Assembly: GCA_963801355.1 (NCBI GenBank)
Contig: CAWDEM010000004.1
Span: forward strand, 800,001 to 864,000
Source of the DNA: Ignavibacteriota bacterium
Lineage (GTDB): Bacteria; Bacteroidota; Ignavibacteria; UBA10030; UBA6906
DNA: 64,000 bases
Direction: 5' to 3'
Shown: positions 50,213-60,809 of the stretch, in pieces
How positions within the stretch are numbered: position 1 is the first letter of the stretch
How the letters are laid out: the number at the start of each line of letters is the position of its first letter
Translations under genes and position numbers: made by a program
Notes under the pieces: generated by a model
Told to the model about the DNA's origin: nothing
Database searches by the model: none
Seen by the model: only the letters and a program-made list of their open reading frames with translations

Positions 50213-52653
50213 AACGCCTGATCGGCCTTGCGATTGTCGTCGCCGTCGTCGCGGGAGCTGCAACAGCTGCGCACGGCATGCCGCTTCCCCGTCAAGTCCG
50301 CATTGCAGTCGTGAGTGATGGCCCCTGGGAGCGTAACGGCGAAATGAAGGAGCTTCTTGACAGGAGCATCATGGAGGTATTTGGAAAGGAAGCCGCTGTC
50401 GCAATCGACCCCGGAAAGATCTTTGTCGGCGACTGGACACTGGCCGGTATTCGGGCAATAAACAACCGACTTCTGGCTGACCCCGATGTGGACATGATTC
50501 TGGGCATGGGATTGATTGCTTCCCAGGACCTGGCTACGCGCGGCCCGTTGCCGAAGCCCGTGATTGCTCCTGTGGTGGTGGATGCCGCACGCCAGCACAT
50601 CCCCCTGGTGAACGGGGCTAGCGGCGTAAAAAATCTGAGCTATCTGGTCTATCCTCAAACGTTTGTTCGGGATCTTGAGCTTTTCAGGGAGGTGGTGCCG
50701 ATCCGCAAGCTCGTGAATATAGCCAGCAGGCCGTATGACCGCGTTCTCCCTCCCGGGCCCGAGCCGATGCAGCGCATCGGTCAGCGGCTTGGACTGGAAA
50801 TTACCGAGCTCTTTATTGACTCGTCAGCCGGCGAAGTGCTGAAGAACATACCGCGGGACGCAGACGCGGTCTTTGTCGAACCCATTCCGAACCTCCCGGC
50901 GATGGAATTCGACAAACTCGTTCAAGCATTCATCGAGCTCCGACTCCCCAGCTTTTCCTACTTTGGCGATACCGAGGTCCGCCGCGGTATCCTTGCATCC
51001 GCCAACCCCGATATCCTCCCGCGGCTTGCACGGCGTATCGCGCTGACGGTGCAACGCATTGTGGGTGAAGGGGAAGAGCCTGGGTCTCTGCCGGTAGTGT
51101 TTACACCGGGGAAACGCCTTTCTCTCAACCTGAATACGGCGGATGCGATAGGCGTCTCTCCACATTGGAATATGTTGCTGGAAGCGGAATTGGTGGGAGG
51201 CGATTCGACGTTGCCGGGCGCGTATACGTTTACATTGGCGGAGGCCATCCGGATTATCGCTGATCGCAATCTGGAGATCCGGGCAAAGATTCGTGAGGTT
51301 CGTGCAGAGAGTTTCAACACAGCCATTGCCCGGGCTGCGTTGTTTCCGAAGATTGATGTCAGTGCGACAGGGCTCCAGATCGACAACGACCGTGCGCTTG
51401 CTGGCGGACAGCCTGAACGCAGCGCGACGCTCGAAGCGTCCGGGTCACAGGTGCTTTTCGCTGAACCTGTACTCGCGAATCTCAGCATACAATCGTCCCT
51501 TCAGGATGCCCGCATGCAGGATCTGGAAACCACCAAACTCAACACGATTGTTGAAGGCGCGCAATACTACTTGAATTACCTCCGCATTCGACGCATGTAC
51601 TACCTGTTGCTCGATAACTTGAAGCTTACAAGAACGAATCTCGAACTGGCACGCGTGCGTCAGGCGACCGGCGCAGCCAGCCCGGAGGAGTCCCTCCGGT
51701 GGGAGGCGGAGATCGCCAGTCTTCGCAAAACCACCATGGACATGCAGTCACAGATGAACCAGGCGCTCCTCGCGCTTAAACAGATTCTCCGAATCCCCAT
51801 GCTGAACCAGGTGAATGTTGTCGATGTTCCCGGGGTCGACACCACGATGTTCATTACAAACAAGGATGTTCTGGCATGTCTCGATGAGCCGGTCGGATTT
51901 GAATTCCTGAGCGAATTCCTCCTCTCTGAAGCTTCCCGATTGTCGCCCGAGCTTCGCCGGCTCGACGCGGTGCTCGAGGCACAGAACCGCAATCTGACGT
52001 CATTGGAGCTGAGTTCCATTCTTCCGACAGTGAGCGCCTTCGGAACGTACAGTCGCCGGTTTGCGTCTTCAAAGATCGTTTCTCCGTTTCAACTTCCCGC
52101 TCTCAGCAGCGCTCCGGCTCCGGGGACCCCCGGCGAGGCGTTTCTCTATACGGTTCTTGGCTCCCTTTCTCCTGCTCTTCCTGATGAAAACAACTGGAGC
52201 GTCGGCATACAGCTGTCATTGAACTTGTTCAACGGAATGGGAACGAGGGCAGCGCAGGAGAAGTCGGCAATTCAGATCGAGCAATATGGGATACAGCGCG
52301 AGGCGATTTCGGAGAAGGTGGAATTGCGCATCAGGGCGGAGATGGAACACGCCAAAGCGTCGAAATTCGCGATGGATCAAGCAACACGGCAACAGGAAGC
52401 TGCGAGGAAAACACTCAATATCGTCACCGAGGCCTACTCGCGTGGCGGTGTATCGATACTCAGTCTGCTTGATGCACAAAATGGTGCATTACAGGCCGAT
52501 CAGGTGGCGGCGAATGCGCTGTACGATTTCTGGATATCGTCGCTTCTTGTGCAGCGGGCGATCGGTCGATTCGATGTCCTGATGACTCCACAAGATAGAA
52601 CAGACTTTCTGAATCGCCTCGGCAAGAAGATTGCCTCGGGCAGGAAACGTTGA
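50209..52653 (+). CDS. TolC-family outer membrane factor with extra N-terminal ABC substrate-binding-like domain
   Basis: ATG 50209 after AAGGAGG; signal peptide; about 330-aa alpha/beta domain ending LSLNLNTADAIG; then OEP repeats (ARAALFPKID; YSRGGVSILSLLDAQ). Confidence 0.85.
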   Translation: MKRLIGLAIVVAVVAGAATAAHGMPLPRQVRIAVVSDGPWERNGEMKELLDRSIMEVFGKEAAVAIDPGKIFVGDWTLAGIRAINNRLLADPDVDMILGMGLIASQDLATRGPLPKPVIAPVVVDAARQHIPLVNGASGVKNLSYLVYPQTFVRDLELFREVVPIRKLVNIASRPYDRVLPPGPEPMQRIGQRLGLEITELFIDSSAGEVLKNIPRDADAVFVEPIPNLPAMEFDKLVQAFIELRLPSFSYFGDTEVRRGILASANPDILPRLARRIALTVQRIVGEGEEPGSLPVVFTPGKRLSLNLNTADAIGVSPHWNMLLEAELVGGDSTLPGAYTFTLAEAIRIIADRNLEIRAKIREVRAESFNTAIARAALFPKIDVSATGLQIDNDRALAGGQPERSATLEASGSQVLFAEPVLANLSIQSSLQDARMQDLETTKLNTIVEGAQYYLNYLRIRRMYYLLLDNLKLTRTNLELARVRQATGAASPEESLRWEAEIASLRKTTMDMQSQMNQALLALKQILRIPMLNQVNVVDVPGVDTTMFITNKDVLACLDEPVGFEFLSEFLLSEASRLSPELRRLDAVLEAQNRNLTSLELSSILPTVSAFGTYSRRFASSKIVSPFQLPALSSAPAPGTPGEAFLYTVLGSLSPALPDENNWSVGIQLSLNLFNGMGTRAAQEKSAIQIEQYGIQREAISEKVELRIRAEMEHAKASKFAMDQATRQQEAARKTLNIVTEAYSRGGVSILSLLDAQNGALQADQVAANALYDFWISSLLVQRAIGRFDVLMTPQDRTDFLNRLGKKIASGRKR

Positions 52654-52665
52654 CACTCCCGAGAA

Positions 52666-55470
52666 TCATTTGACAACCGCCATTCTCTTCACCGCGACGA
52701 ATGTTCCCGCCGTCATCCTGTACAAATATACCCCGCTGGCCTGGTTGCGCGCGTCGAACATCACCGGGTAGTACCCTGCTTCCTTCCATTCATCCACCAG
52801 CGTCGCCACCTCCCGGCCGAGCAGGTCGTATACGACCAGGCGCACACCACCGCCCACCGGCACCTGATACCTGATTTCCGTTGCCGGATTGAACGGATTC
52901 GGATAATTCTGCTCCAGCCCGAATTCCTTCGGGACGTCACATGTTGTGCTCTGACCTGCGCTCGTTACCGTGAGCGGAAGGCTGAACTCTGAGGTGTTTC
53001 CATCTTTATCTCTTGCGGTGGCTGTGAGATGGGAGAACGGCGGAGCACTGACGAGACTTACCGTCCAATTGCCCCCTGCGTCTGCTTTTGTTGCACCAAG
53101 GAATACCGCACCTTGCGTCCCATCGTCTGCAAAGAGCTCCACGCTGTCGAGCGCTGCAGTTTTGCCCGAAACAAGAAGGCCGGTTTTCGAGAGAATGGAC
53201 GGCACCGCATACTCGGCATTGCCGCCGTTTGTATTGTCGATTCCCAGACCCTTGTTGGACCAGATGCGATTACGCGTGATGCTATTGTGTAATGAAGGCG
53301 ATCCATCCACCAGAATTCCCACTGTGCCACTGAAGGCAACGTTGTTTGCACGGATCGTGTTCTGTTCGCTGTTGAGTATGGAGATCCCGGTGAAGGCTTG
53401 ACCGAGGTCGGTAGTTCCCAGGGTATCGCATCCAATCCAGTTGCCCTCGACGCGGTTTCTCCTTGCCTGTCCGTATATCATTATTCCGTCCCGGTTTCCG
53501 CCTACGAGGTTGCCAAGGATCGTGTTGTCAGGGGAGGCCATTACGCTAATAGCGGTGAAGTTGTTCCCGAGTTTGACGCTTCCGGTGCGGTCGAGCCCTA
53601 TGATATTCCCTCGCACGGCATTGTTGCTCGAGGAGTCCCGTATGAAGATGCCATTGTAGTTTCCGGAAATGAGATTTCCGGGATACAATGGGCCGTCTGC
53701 GCCGATGACGACATGCCGCGTCTGGTCGTGGAGAGTCACGCCATTGGTGTTTGCTGCCGCCGTGCTTCCGGTGGGGTCTGTGCCGATATAGCACCCTGCC
53801 ACGTGGCCGCCGTCTGCAGAGACATACACGATGCCATCTCGTTCGAAGCGGTTGATTGCCATGCCGAGCACATCCACACCGGATGCAGCGATGGAAATGC
53901 CCATGTACGGGCCAGCCAGGCTTCCATCGAGCTCGATTTCCGGTCCGAGTGGGTTGGCATCATAGCCGAGACTCGTGGACTGCGAGAAGCCGTCGATCAC
54001 GAGAGGACCGTCGCTGACATACTGCAGCGGAGACCGTGGCGTGATCGTCCAGGTGCCGGTCAGGGAATTATAGCCGGGGTCAATTGGAGGGATTGCAAAC
54101 CGTATGGTGTCTGGACCCTTGTGTGTGTTTATGCATGTTATGGCGAGGCGGAGAGAACCGTTGCCGCTGTCGGCCGTCGTTCGTACGACATACACACCCG
54201 TGAGTGAGAATGGCGCCGAGAACATCGAAGTGTTGTTGATGGAAGTGCCGGCCATGGTATCGACCGCGACGGCAGTCACATAAGGGCCCTGCACGGAACC
54301 GCTCCACGAAAAGTTGCCGTACCAGTCCGAGTATGTTGTGGCAAAATATTCCTCCCCTTCGTCTTCCGGATCTCGATAAAGCAAGACCATGGCGTTCGGC
54401 TCAGCCATTCCCGCCACGTGAACGGCGTCTGCTTCGGTAACAGTTGGTGCGGGCATATTGGCATTGCCATTGTCTTCAAGAAGAATCCCGGGCCGGTCGT
54501 TGTGTGTGATCGAGCCTGCTCCAAGAAAGTTTCGCCCTGTCGCCGATCCGCTCACCCGGATGCCTGCACCCTTGTTGTTGCGGATCACGACGTGATGCGG
54601 GAAATCGAAACCAGTGACTGCGTTGTCGGATGCCCCGTCGAAGAAGAAGATGCCGTCGCTGTCATTTCCGAGATCGCGTGTGTGCGTCGTGTCCGTCCCG
54701 ATGCAGTTTACTGATACCAGGTTGAACTGCGTTGAGGATCCTGCAAACGTGACCCCGGCCATACCATTTCCACCAATGATATTCCCCAGTGTGGTATCGG
54801 GCCACCCGATGGCGTTCCACGATGACTCGTACACCCAGACACCCGATTCTCCATTGCCGGCTTTGCTTTTCGCATCCGGGCTGACGCCGAGGTAGCAGTT
54901 GACGATGAGATTCGCACTGATGCCTGGACCGAGGATCTTGATGGCGTTCCCACCAAATCGATTGATTGCGAGCCCGCGCACCTGGTTCCAGGATGATTTC
55001 AGCACGATGCCATCGGGGTACACTCCTGCAAGACTGCCGTCGATCTGGATTTCCGGGCCGGCTGGGTTAGAGTCTCCCGAAGCCCATTTCTGGCTTAGTC
55101 CATCCACCAGCGTGCCGTCGTTAGAGATAGAAGGGAAGGGCGTGAGCGGTTTTATCGTCCAAATGCCTATTGCCGGGTTGTACCCCGGATCAGTGGTGGG
55201 TATAGCGAACGCAATCGAGTCAGGGCCCGGGTTGAGGTTCGCATCGACGATAGCCTGCCGGAGTGAGCCGGGGCCGGCGTCGGTCGTGTTCGTAACCATC
55301 ACTGCCGGTCCGAACGAAAGTGCCGATATGAGGCGAGGTGAAGGGACCGCCGTCCCGGAGCGGGTAGGGTTGACGACCGCGCTGCCGCCGTGTCCAGCTG
55401 CCGAGATGAGCCCGGCGGAAAGCGTCAGAAGGATGGCGACCGCTGAGAAACCTCCACTGTGTCTATTCAC
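52666..55470 (-). CDS. T9SS cargo protein with two beta-helix modules
   Basis: GTG 55470 after AGGAGG; VTNTTDAGPGSLRQAI and VRTTADSGNGSLRLAI modules; EQNYPNPFNPAT CTD. Confidence 0.87.
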   Translation of the reverse strand: MNRHSGGFSAVAILLTLSAGLISAAGHGGSAVVNPTRSGTAVPSPRLISALSFGPAVMVTNTTDAGPGSLRQAIVDANLNPGPDSIAFAIPTTDPGYNPAIGIWTIKPLTPFPSISNDGTLVDGLSQKWASGDSNPAGPEIQIDGSLAGVYPDGIVLKSSWNQVRGLAINRFGGNAIKILGPGISANLIVNCYLGVSPDAKSKAGNGESGVWVYESSWNAIGWPDTTLGNIIGGNGMAGVTFAGSSTQFNLVSVNCIGTDTTHTRDLGNDSDGIFFFDGASDNAVTGFDFPHHVVIRNNKGAGIRVSGSATGRNFLGAGSITHNDRPGILLEDNGNANMPAPTVTEADAVHVAGMAEPNAMVLLYRDPEDEGEEYFATTYSDWYGNFSWSGSVQGPYVTAVAVDTMAGTSINNTSMFSAPFSLTGVYVVRTTADSGNGSLRLAITCINTHKGPDTIRFAIPPIDPGYNSLTGTWTITPRSPLQYVSDGPLVIDGFSQSTSLGYDANPLGPEIELDGSLAGPYMGISIAASGVDVLGMAINRFERDGIVYVSADGGHVAGCYIGTDPTGSTAAANTNGVTLHDQTRHVVIGADGPLYPGNLISGNYNGIFIRDSSSNNAVRGNIIGLDRTGSVKLGNNFTAISVMASPDNTILGNLVGGNRDGIMIYGQARRNRVEGNWIGCDTLGTTDLGQAFTGISILNSEQNTIRANNVAFSGTVGILVDGSPSLHNSITRNRIWSNKGLGIDNTNGGNAEYAVPSILSKTGLLVSGKTAALDSVELFADDGTQGAVFLGATKADAGGNWTVSLVSAPPFSHLTATARDKDGNTSEFSLPLTVTSAGQSTTCDVPKEFGLEQNYPNPFNPATEIRYQVPVGGGVRLVVYDLLGREVATLVDEWKEAGYYPVMFDARNQASGVYLYRMTAGTFVAVKRMAVVK

Positions 55471-55636
55471 TGTTTCCCCCTCCTGGAAGAATGAACGAAC
55501 CCCGGACTGTAGTGAGTGTGGCAGCTTCAGTAGCCGCAAGAACGGGGAGAATTAGTGAAGATGCAAGAGGGGTATGCGACGCACAAGACTTTCAGTTAGT
55601 ATCGGCTGACACTATCTACTATAGGGCCAATTGTCC

Positions 55637-58528
55637 CTATCTCATGAGGACCAGTCTTTTTGTCTCCATGAAGGTGTTTGCCGTCAGCCGGTACAAATAG
55701 ATACCGCTTGCATATTGGTGTCCATTGAATGCCGCGACATATCTCCCGGGTTCGCATTCCCCTTCAAACAGCGTTGTCACTTCCTGTCCGAGAACATCGA
55801 ACACCTTCAACGACACGAAACCAGACCTGGCGATGTGATACTCGATTGTTGTGGACGGATTGAATGGATTAGGGTAGTTCTGTGCCAGCGCATATGTGCT
55901 CGGCACGGGAGAGCTGTTCTTCGCATCGACTGACGTGCTGACCGTATTCTTCCTCCCCGGTGAGCCGTGTCCGAGAGAGGCCTTCCAGTTAGATCCCAGG
56001 GCGTTGTCACGTGCCGGGTTCACTAATTCCAGAGATGCGCCTAACCCATCGGCTTCTGTAGGCCATGGTAGTTGGTCATCGTACTCGAGGGAATCAACCG
56101 TATGGAGCGCGTCATCCATGAGCTTCATGGATTCACCCGAGCCGCTGAGACCGAACCCCATCCCTCCGAAAAAGTTCGTCACTGCGGGAAAACAGGACGT
56201 AAACAACACGCTGTCTTCCGAGAGTACCAGATACTGGTCCGGACCCAGAATGGTCCCGGCTGGAAACGTAAACACATGAGTCGGGTCGCTGTCAGTGAAC
56301 CTCCAGCCGCTGATGTCGATGTCCTCCTGGCTCCCGTTGTAGAGTTCTACCCAATCACCGGAATCGAATTGAGGGGATGAGTTGTAATTGATCTCGTTGA
56401 TCACAACGCTGATGGTGCTGCTGCCGTCGGGGGAAAACGCCGCCGTCAATCCTGTTGTATTGACGACGTTCAGCGTCAGCGAGTCATCCTGCGATGTCAC
56501 CGCTCCGCTCCACCCGTCAAACTTGTACCCCGGATCGGGAATCGCCTTGACATGAATGGCATTCCCCTGGAAATACACTCCTGTGAATGGCAGGGCCGTA
56601 CCCTGTAGCGTGAGTGTGTTCAGCCGTACAGTTCCCCCCTCCGTCGCATTGATCGTGAGTGTTCCGTCACTGCCGCAGCCAAAGTAGTTGCGGACGTGTG
56701 TGCGCAGGTATGCCGGCCGGTCCTGGGCAAATGTGGTGAGTTTCGTGAGATTCTCACCTGTGAGATTCCAGCGCGCTCTGTGTCGTACGAGTTCAGTGGC
56801 GATATGATTTGCGATGGTGTTGATGACAGTGACGACTCGTGAACTCCTGAAGTTCGTATTCAACAGATCGGCGATCTGATTGATGAATCGGTTCCGGATA
56901 ACGGGGTTCTCCACCAGCTTGCGCTGCAGCAGCGTCGCCCAGGGCGGATTGGAATAGCGGGTTGGTGTGGTAGCGAACATGAATGCAATATGGTCTTCCC
57001 ACGCGCCATGAGCATACAGCCCGAATCCGAAATCCAAATCGAACAAAATCCACCGCCATTTGCCGGATGGAGTGCGCGGCCTCCAGTATTTGAGGTTGGT
57101 TCCGGGCCAGTCCATGTTGTCATAGTAGGCCTGCGCGGCAAAATACAGAATACACTCATCCAGGTCTATCACGGAATCAAGGTAGGCGTACGCGGCCGGC
57201 GTCGACATGTCGTGTGTACTGATAAAGTCGAGCAGTCGCCGGAAGTGCAGGGAGTCGCCGTAAATGACCGACATGTTGTTCTCAATCATGTCGATATTGT
57301 CGGGATCCGCTCCGTAACGATGTTCGACGTAGTGCTCGCTCACTTTCTCGCGGATATTGTAGATTCCCCAGTACTGGCCATTGATGAATGACGTGGCAGG
57401 ACGATACTCCAGGTAGTCAATATCGAGGTCCTTGACGAGCATTTGCATCATCGCATCGCGCATATGCGTATACTGCCAGTCATTGCCGGAGTTCCGCAGG
57501 ACGAAAGAATCGAAGGTGGTCACCCGGAAATCGGGGAAGAGAGGGTATTCGAGCGTCGAACGGCCATACGCCTGTTTGAACTTCACCGCAAGAGACTTCT
57601 GCGCCCACTCTGCACTCTGGGCACCGTGTATGTTGATGCCGCAGTCTTCAGAAAATCCCGGGCTTTTGTCGTCCTCAAAGAACTCAATATGAGCAGGGCG
57701 CTCCCAATCCTTTGTATAGTTTACATAGATGCCCGAATCGGGATCAAAAAGATCAAACGGAGATGCGGAAAGAGAGATCACTGGCAGCGTTGATGCCACA
57801 TTGATGAAATAGGTGTGAGTGATGGGGCGGGTGGGCAGGTACGCGTCTTTGGTGCTCATTGCTTTGAGCACGGTGGTTGCCGCAATTGTAATAGGCCCTG
57901 TGTATGCGGTCTTCGTGGAATCGGGCCTGCTTCCATCAAGAGTGTAGAAGATCTTGCTGTCGCCCGCTGAGAGCGACACTGTGATTGGTGAAGAGTAGAA
58001 ACCGCCGCGGTGTGAGGGCGCAATCGAGTCCGCCCACCCCGCGATCGTTGAGCCCGTGTTCTTCAATCCCGGCGTTGGTATCTGAAAGCCCCAGGCAGCT
58101 CCCGCGTCCGTTATCCTCGCATACGATATGTCGGTCGCACATGCCGGAACTGCGATTCTGTCGAGGATCACCCCATTGCTGCCGGTAAGCACAAGCGTTT
58201 CACCGGACGCACTGATCTTGAAATTCGTGTGGAGTTGTGCGCCGTGACGGTTTTTGTCCGATGCGAAGACGATGAGATATCCGCCGGCCGGCATCACTGT
58301 GTCGCCGAAACGCCACTTCAGGCTGTCCAGAGGATCGTCGCTGAGGCCGTACCCCGTGAGAGTGGCGGGATCACTTCCCGGATTGTACAGCTCAATCCAA
58401 TCGGACGCATCTCCATTCTCATCAAAGAATGAGGTTTGATTCGAAGACATGACTTCGTTGATAATAATGTGCTGGCCGAGAACCGCCGGCGGTAACATTA
58501 TGAGAAGAAAAAGCACCGCTGTTTTCAC
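55637..58528 (-). CDS. CotH kinase-family protein with lamin-tail domains and T9SS CTD
   Basis: IINEVMSSN...DWIELYN (twice), YTLDGSRP, LRNSGNDW, NGQYWGIYNIRE, WILFDLDFGF, QNYPNPFNPS; likely GTG 58528. Confidence 0.9.
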   Translation of the reverse strand: MKTAVLFLLIMLPPAVLGQHIIINEVMSSNQTSFFDENGDASDWIELYNPGSDPATLTGYGLSDDPLDSLKWRFGDTVMPAGGYLIVFASDKNRHGAQLHTNFKISASGETLVLTGSNGVILDRIAVPACATDISYARITDAGAAWGFQIPTPGLKNTGSTIAGWADSIAPSHRGGFYSSPITVSLSAGDSKIFYTLDGSRPDSTKTAYTGPITIAATTVLKAMSTKDAYLPTRPITHTYFINVASTLPVISLSASPFDLFDPDSGIYVNYTKDWERPAHIEFFEDDKSPGFSEDCGINIHGAQSAEWAQKSLAVKFKQAYGRSTLEYPLFPDFRVTTFDSFVLRNSGNDWQYTHMRDAMMQMLVKDLDIDYLEYRPATSFINGQYWGIYNIREKVSEHYVEHRYGADPDNIDMIENNMSVIYGDSLHFRRLLDFISTHDMSTPAAYAYLDSVIDLDECILYFAAQAYYDNMDWPGTNLKYWRPRTPSGKWRWILFDLDFGFGLYAHGAWEDHIAFMFATTPTRYSNPPWATLLQRKLVENPVIRNRFINQIADLLNTNFRSSRVVTVINTIANHIATELVRHRARWNLTGENLTKLTTFAQDRPAYLRTHVRNYFGCGSDGTLTINATEGGTVRLNTLTLQGTALPFTGVYFQGNAIHVKAIPDPGYKFDGWSGAVTSQDDSLTLNVVNTTGLTAAFSPDGSSTISVVINEINYNSSPQFDSGDWVELYNGSQEDIDISGWRFTDSDPTHVFTFPAGTILGPDQYLVLSEDSVLFTSCFPAVTNFFGGMGFGLSGSGESMKLMDDALHTVDSLEYDDQLPWPTEADGLGASLELVNPARDNALGSNWKASLGHGSPGRKNTVSTSVDAKNSSPVPSTYALAQNYPNPFNPSTTIEYHIARSGFVSLKVFDVLGQEVTTLFEGECEPGRYVAAFNGHQYASGIYLYRLTANTFMETKRLVLMR

Positions 58529-58945
58529 GATCAGTTGCCTGTTGTGAAGTACGACATATGTAAAACGTCCGCTTGGTGGAGGCGCGCAACTACTAAAGCA
58601 CACCCATTGTGATGCCATGGGGTCGCCCTCAGTTCCTCAATCAAGATAGCGTGCTGTTCTACGGGAAGCAAGACGCGAGCATCTAAGGCCCTCCGCCCCT
58701 CAGCGTGTCTGTTGCCTCGTTGAGAAGTCCGGTCCGATGCTGATACGGTTGCTGCCTCATTAAAAAAAGTGAGTCCAAGTGGCTGGGAGACCGTCTCGGT
58801 TGGTGAATTGGCATCGGCAGCCCCATAGACAACAGAGAAATGGGTATATTACAGTACCCCTGTTTCATAGAGTGCACGATCAACTGCCACGCACTGTCGG
58901 CGGATCCTGCGCTCACCTCTGTCACACGCGAGAGCAAGGAAAATC

Positions 58946-60355
58946 ATGAGCGGATTTTTCGGCAGTGTCTCAAGAACAAGTTGTGTCCACGATGTCTTTT
59001 ACGGAACCGATTACCACTCTCATCTCGGGACCAGGCGGGCTGGGATGGTTGTGTACTCCCCCGAAAATGGTTTTCAGCGATCAATCCATAGTCTTGAGGC
59101 AGAGTATTTCAGAACCAAGTTTGAACCTACCCTGAGCGAGTTCTCCGGCAATCTGGGGATGGGTGTCATCAGCGACTCAGAAGCCCAGCCGATTGTCCTT
59201 ACTGCCCACATGGGCCGTTTTGCAGTCGCCACGGTGAGCCGGATCGTCAACATCGCTGAGCTCGAGAAGCGGTGCCTTGAGCAACGGCGGACGTTTTCGG
59301 AACTCAGTCACGGATCCATAAATTCCACAGAACTCGTTGCCATGTTGATCGCGGAGGGGGAAACAATCGCGTCGGGGATCGAAAATGTCTACAGGCTGGT
59401 GAAGGGATCATGCTCCATGCTGATCCTCACGGAAGAGTGCCTCATAGCGGCGCGTGACAGACTCGGAAGGACACCGATCGTTATCGGCAAGAAACCGGGA
59501 GCGTACGCTGCCGCCTTCGAAACCTGTGCGTTCCCCAATACGGGATTTGAGACTGAGAAGTTCCTCGGACCGGGAGAGATTGTCCGGATCACCGCCGACG
59601 GACTCGAGCAGTTGCGAAAGCCGAATGAAGAGATGCAGGTCTGCGCATTCCTCTGGGTGTACTTCGGCTATCCCCCGTCCTTCTATGAGGGGATCAATGT
59701 CGATGAGTGCCGCTTCCGTTGCGGCGCAGCGCTCGCGCAAAACGATACTACCGAGGCGGACTTCGTCGCTGGAGTGCCGGATTCCGGCATCGGGCACGCG
59801 TATGGATACAGCAGCGCTCGGGGTATCCCCCTGAAGCGGCCGTATGCGAAATACACACCCACCTGGCCCCGCAGCTTCATGCCCCAGAGCCAGCAGATGC
59901 GGGAACTTGTGGCGAGAATGAAACTCATCCCGAATGAATCCGTGATCAGGGGGAAGAAGGGGATCCTTCTGGACGACTCGATCGTCCGCGGCACGCAACT
60001 GAAGGACAACACCAGCGCCCTCCATGAGGCGGGAATGAAAGAAGTGCACATGCGGATCGCGTGTCCGCCTCTTACCTATCCGTGCGAGTTTCTGAACTTC
60101 AGCCGCTCCCGATCGAACATGGAGCTTGCCACGCACATCGCGATCAAGGAACTTGAGGGGAAAGTAGAGAAAGAGCTGCTGAAGGAGTATTCCGAGCCCG
60201 GCAACGGCGAGTATCAGACGATGGTGGATCAAATCAGAAAGCGGCTGGGCCTGACGACGTTACGCTATCAGAAGCTCTGCGATTTGGTTGATGCCATCGG
60301 CCTGCCTAAGGAGAAACTCTGCACCCATTGCTGGGACGGATCAAGTCATTTTTAG
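58946..60355 (+). CDS. purF: Amidophosphoribosyltransferase, variant lacking the N-terminal Cys
   Basis: ARDRLGRTP, CAFLWVYFG, GVPDSG, PRPP loop LLDDSIVRGTQL, RIACPP, LCTHCW; starts MSGFFG. Confidence 0.92.
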   Translation: MSGFFGSVSRTSCVHDVFYGTDYHSHLGTRRAGMVVYSPENGFQRSIHSLEAEYFRTKFEPTLSEFSGNLGMGVISDSEAQPIVLTAHMGRFAVATVSRIVNIAELEKRCLEQRRTFSELSHGSINSTELVAMLIAEGETIASGIENVYRLVKGSCSMLILTEECLIAARDRLGRTPIVIGKKPGAYAAAFETCAFPNTGFETEKFLGPGEIVRITADGLEQLRKPNEEMQVCAFLWVYFGYPPSFYEGINVDECRFRCGAALAQNDTTEADFVAGVPDSGIGHAYGYSSARGIPLKRPYAKYTPTWPRSFMPQSQQMRELVARMKLIPNESVIRGKKGILLDDSIVRGTQLKDNTSALHEAGMKEVHMRIACPPLTYPCEFLNFSRSRSNMELATHIAIKELEGKVEKELLKEYSEPGNGEYQTMVDQIRKRLGLTTLRYQKLCDLVDAIGLPKEKLCTHCWDGSSHF

Positions 60356-60379
60356 GGAGGGTGAAGCTCTGATCCGGCC

Positions 60380-60739
60380 TTGGGCGAATTGACCGGGACA
60401 GGCGTCGCCATTCCGACCAACCAAATCCCGCAGACCTACACTCTCGAACAGAACTATCCGAACCCCTTCAACCCGAGTACGGCCATCCGCTATGGTCTGC
60501 CCAATCGTTCGCACGTGAGTTTAGCGGTATTCAACACGCTGGGTCAGCAGATAGCACTTCTTCAGAGCGGGGAACAGGAAGCGGGGTTTCACGAGGTTAA
60601 GTTTGACGCATCAGGACTCTCGAGCGGTGTGTACTTCTATCGCATACAGATGCGCCCTCTAGAGTCCACCGTCGGGCCTGAATCCGAGAGCGGAGTGGGG
60701 GAGTTCGTGCAGACGCGCAAGCTCGTGCTCGTCCGCTGA
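60380..60739 (+). pseudogene. Orphan T9SS sorting domain with no signal peptide or passenger
   Basis: TGVAIPTNQIPQTYTLEQNYPNPFNPS...TRKLVLVR begins 25 nt after the purF stop; only a TTG start. Confidence 0.75.
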
Positions 60740-60781
60740 CGGTTGCTGCCGAAATTAGAGACAAGAAGCTTACTGGAGAAA

Positions 60782-60808
60782 AAAATGCCCCGATGTCTGG
60801 GGCATTTT
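60782..60808. terminator. Bidirectional intrinsic terminator
   Basis: AAAATGCCCC-GATGTCT-GGGGCATTTT with A-tract before and T-tract after. Confidence 0.78.
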
Positions 60809-60809
60809 G

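Noticed and set aside
58620-58945. Possible purine, ZTP or PRPP riboswitch upstream of purF
   Set aside because: Could not match the conserved cores by eye; needs an Rfam scan
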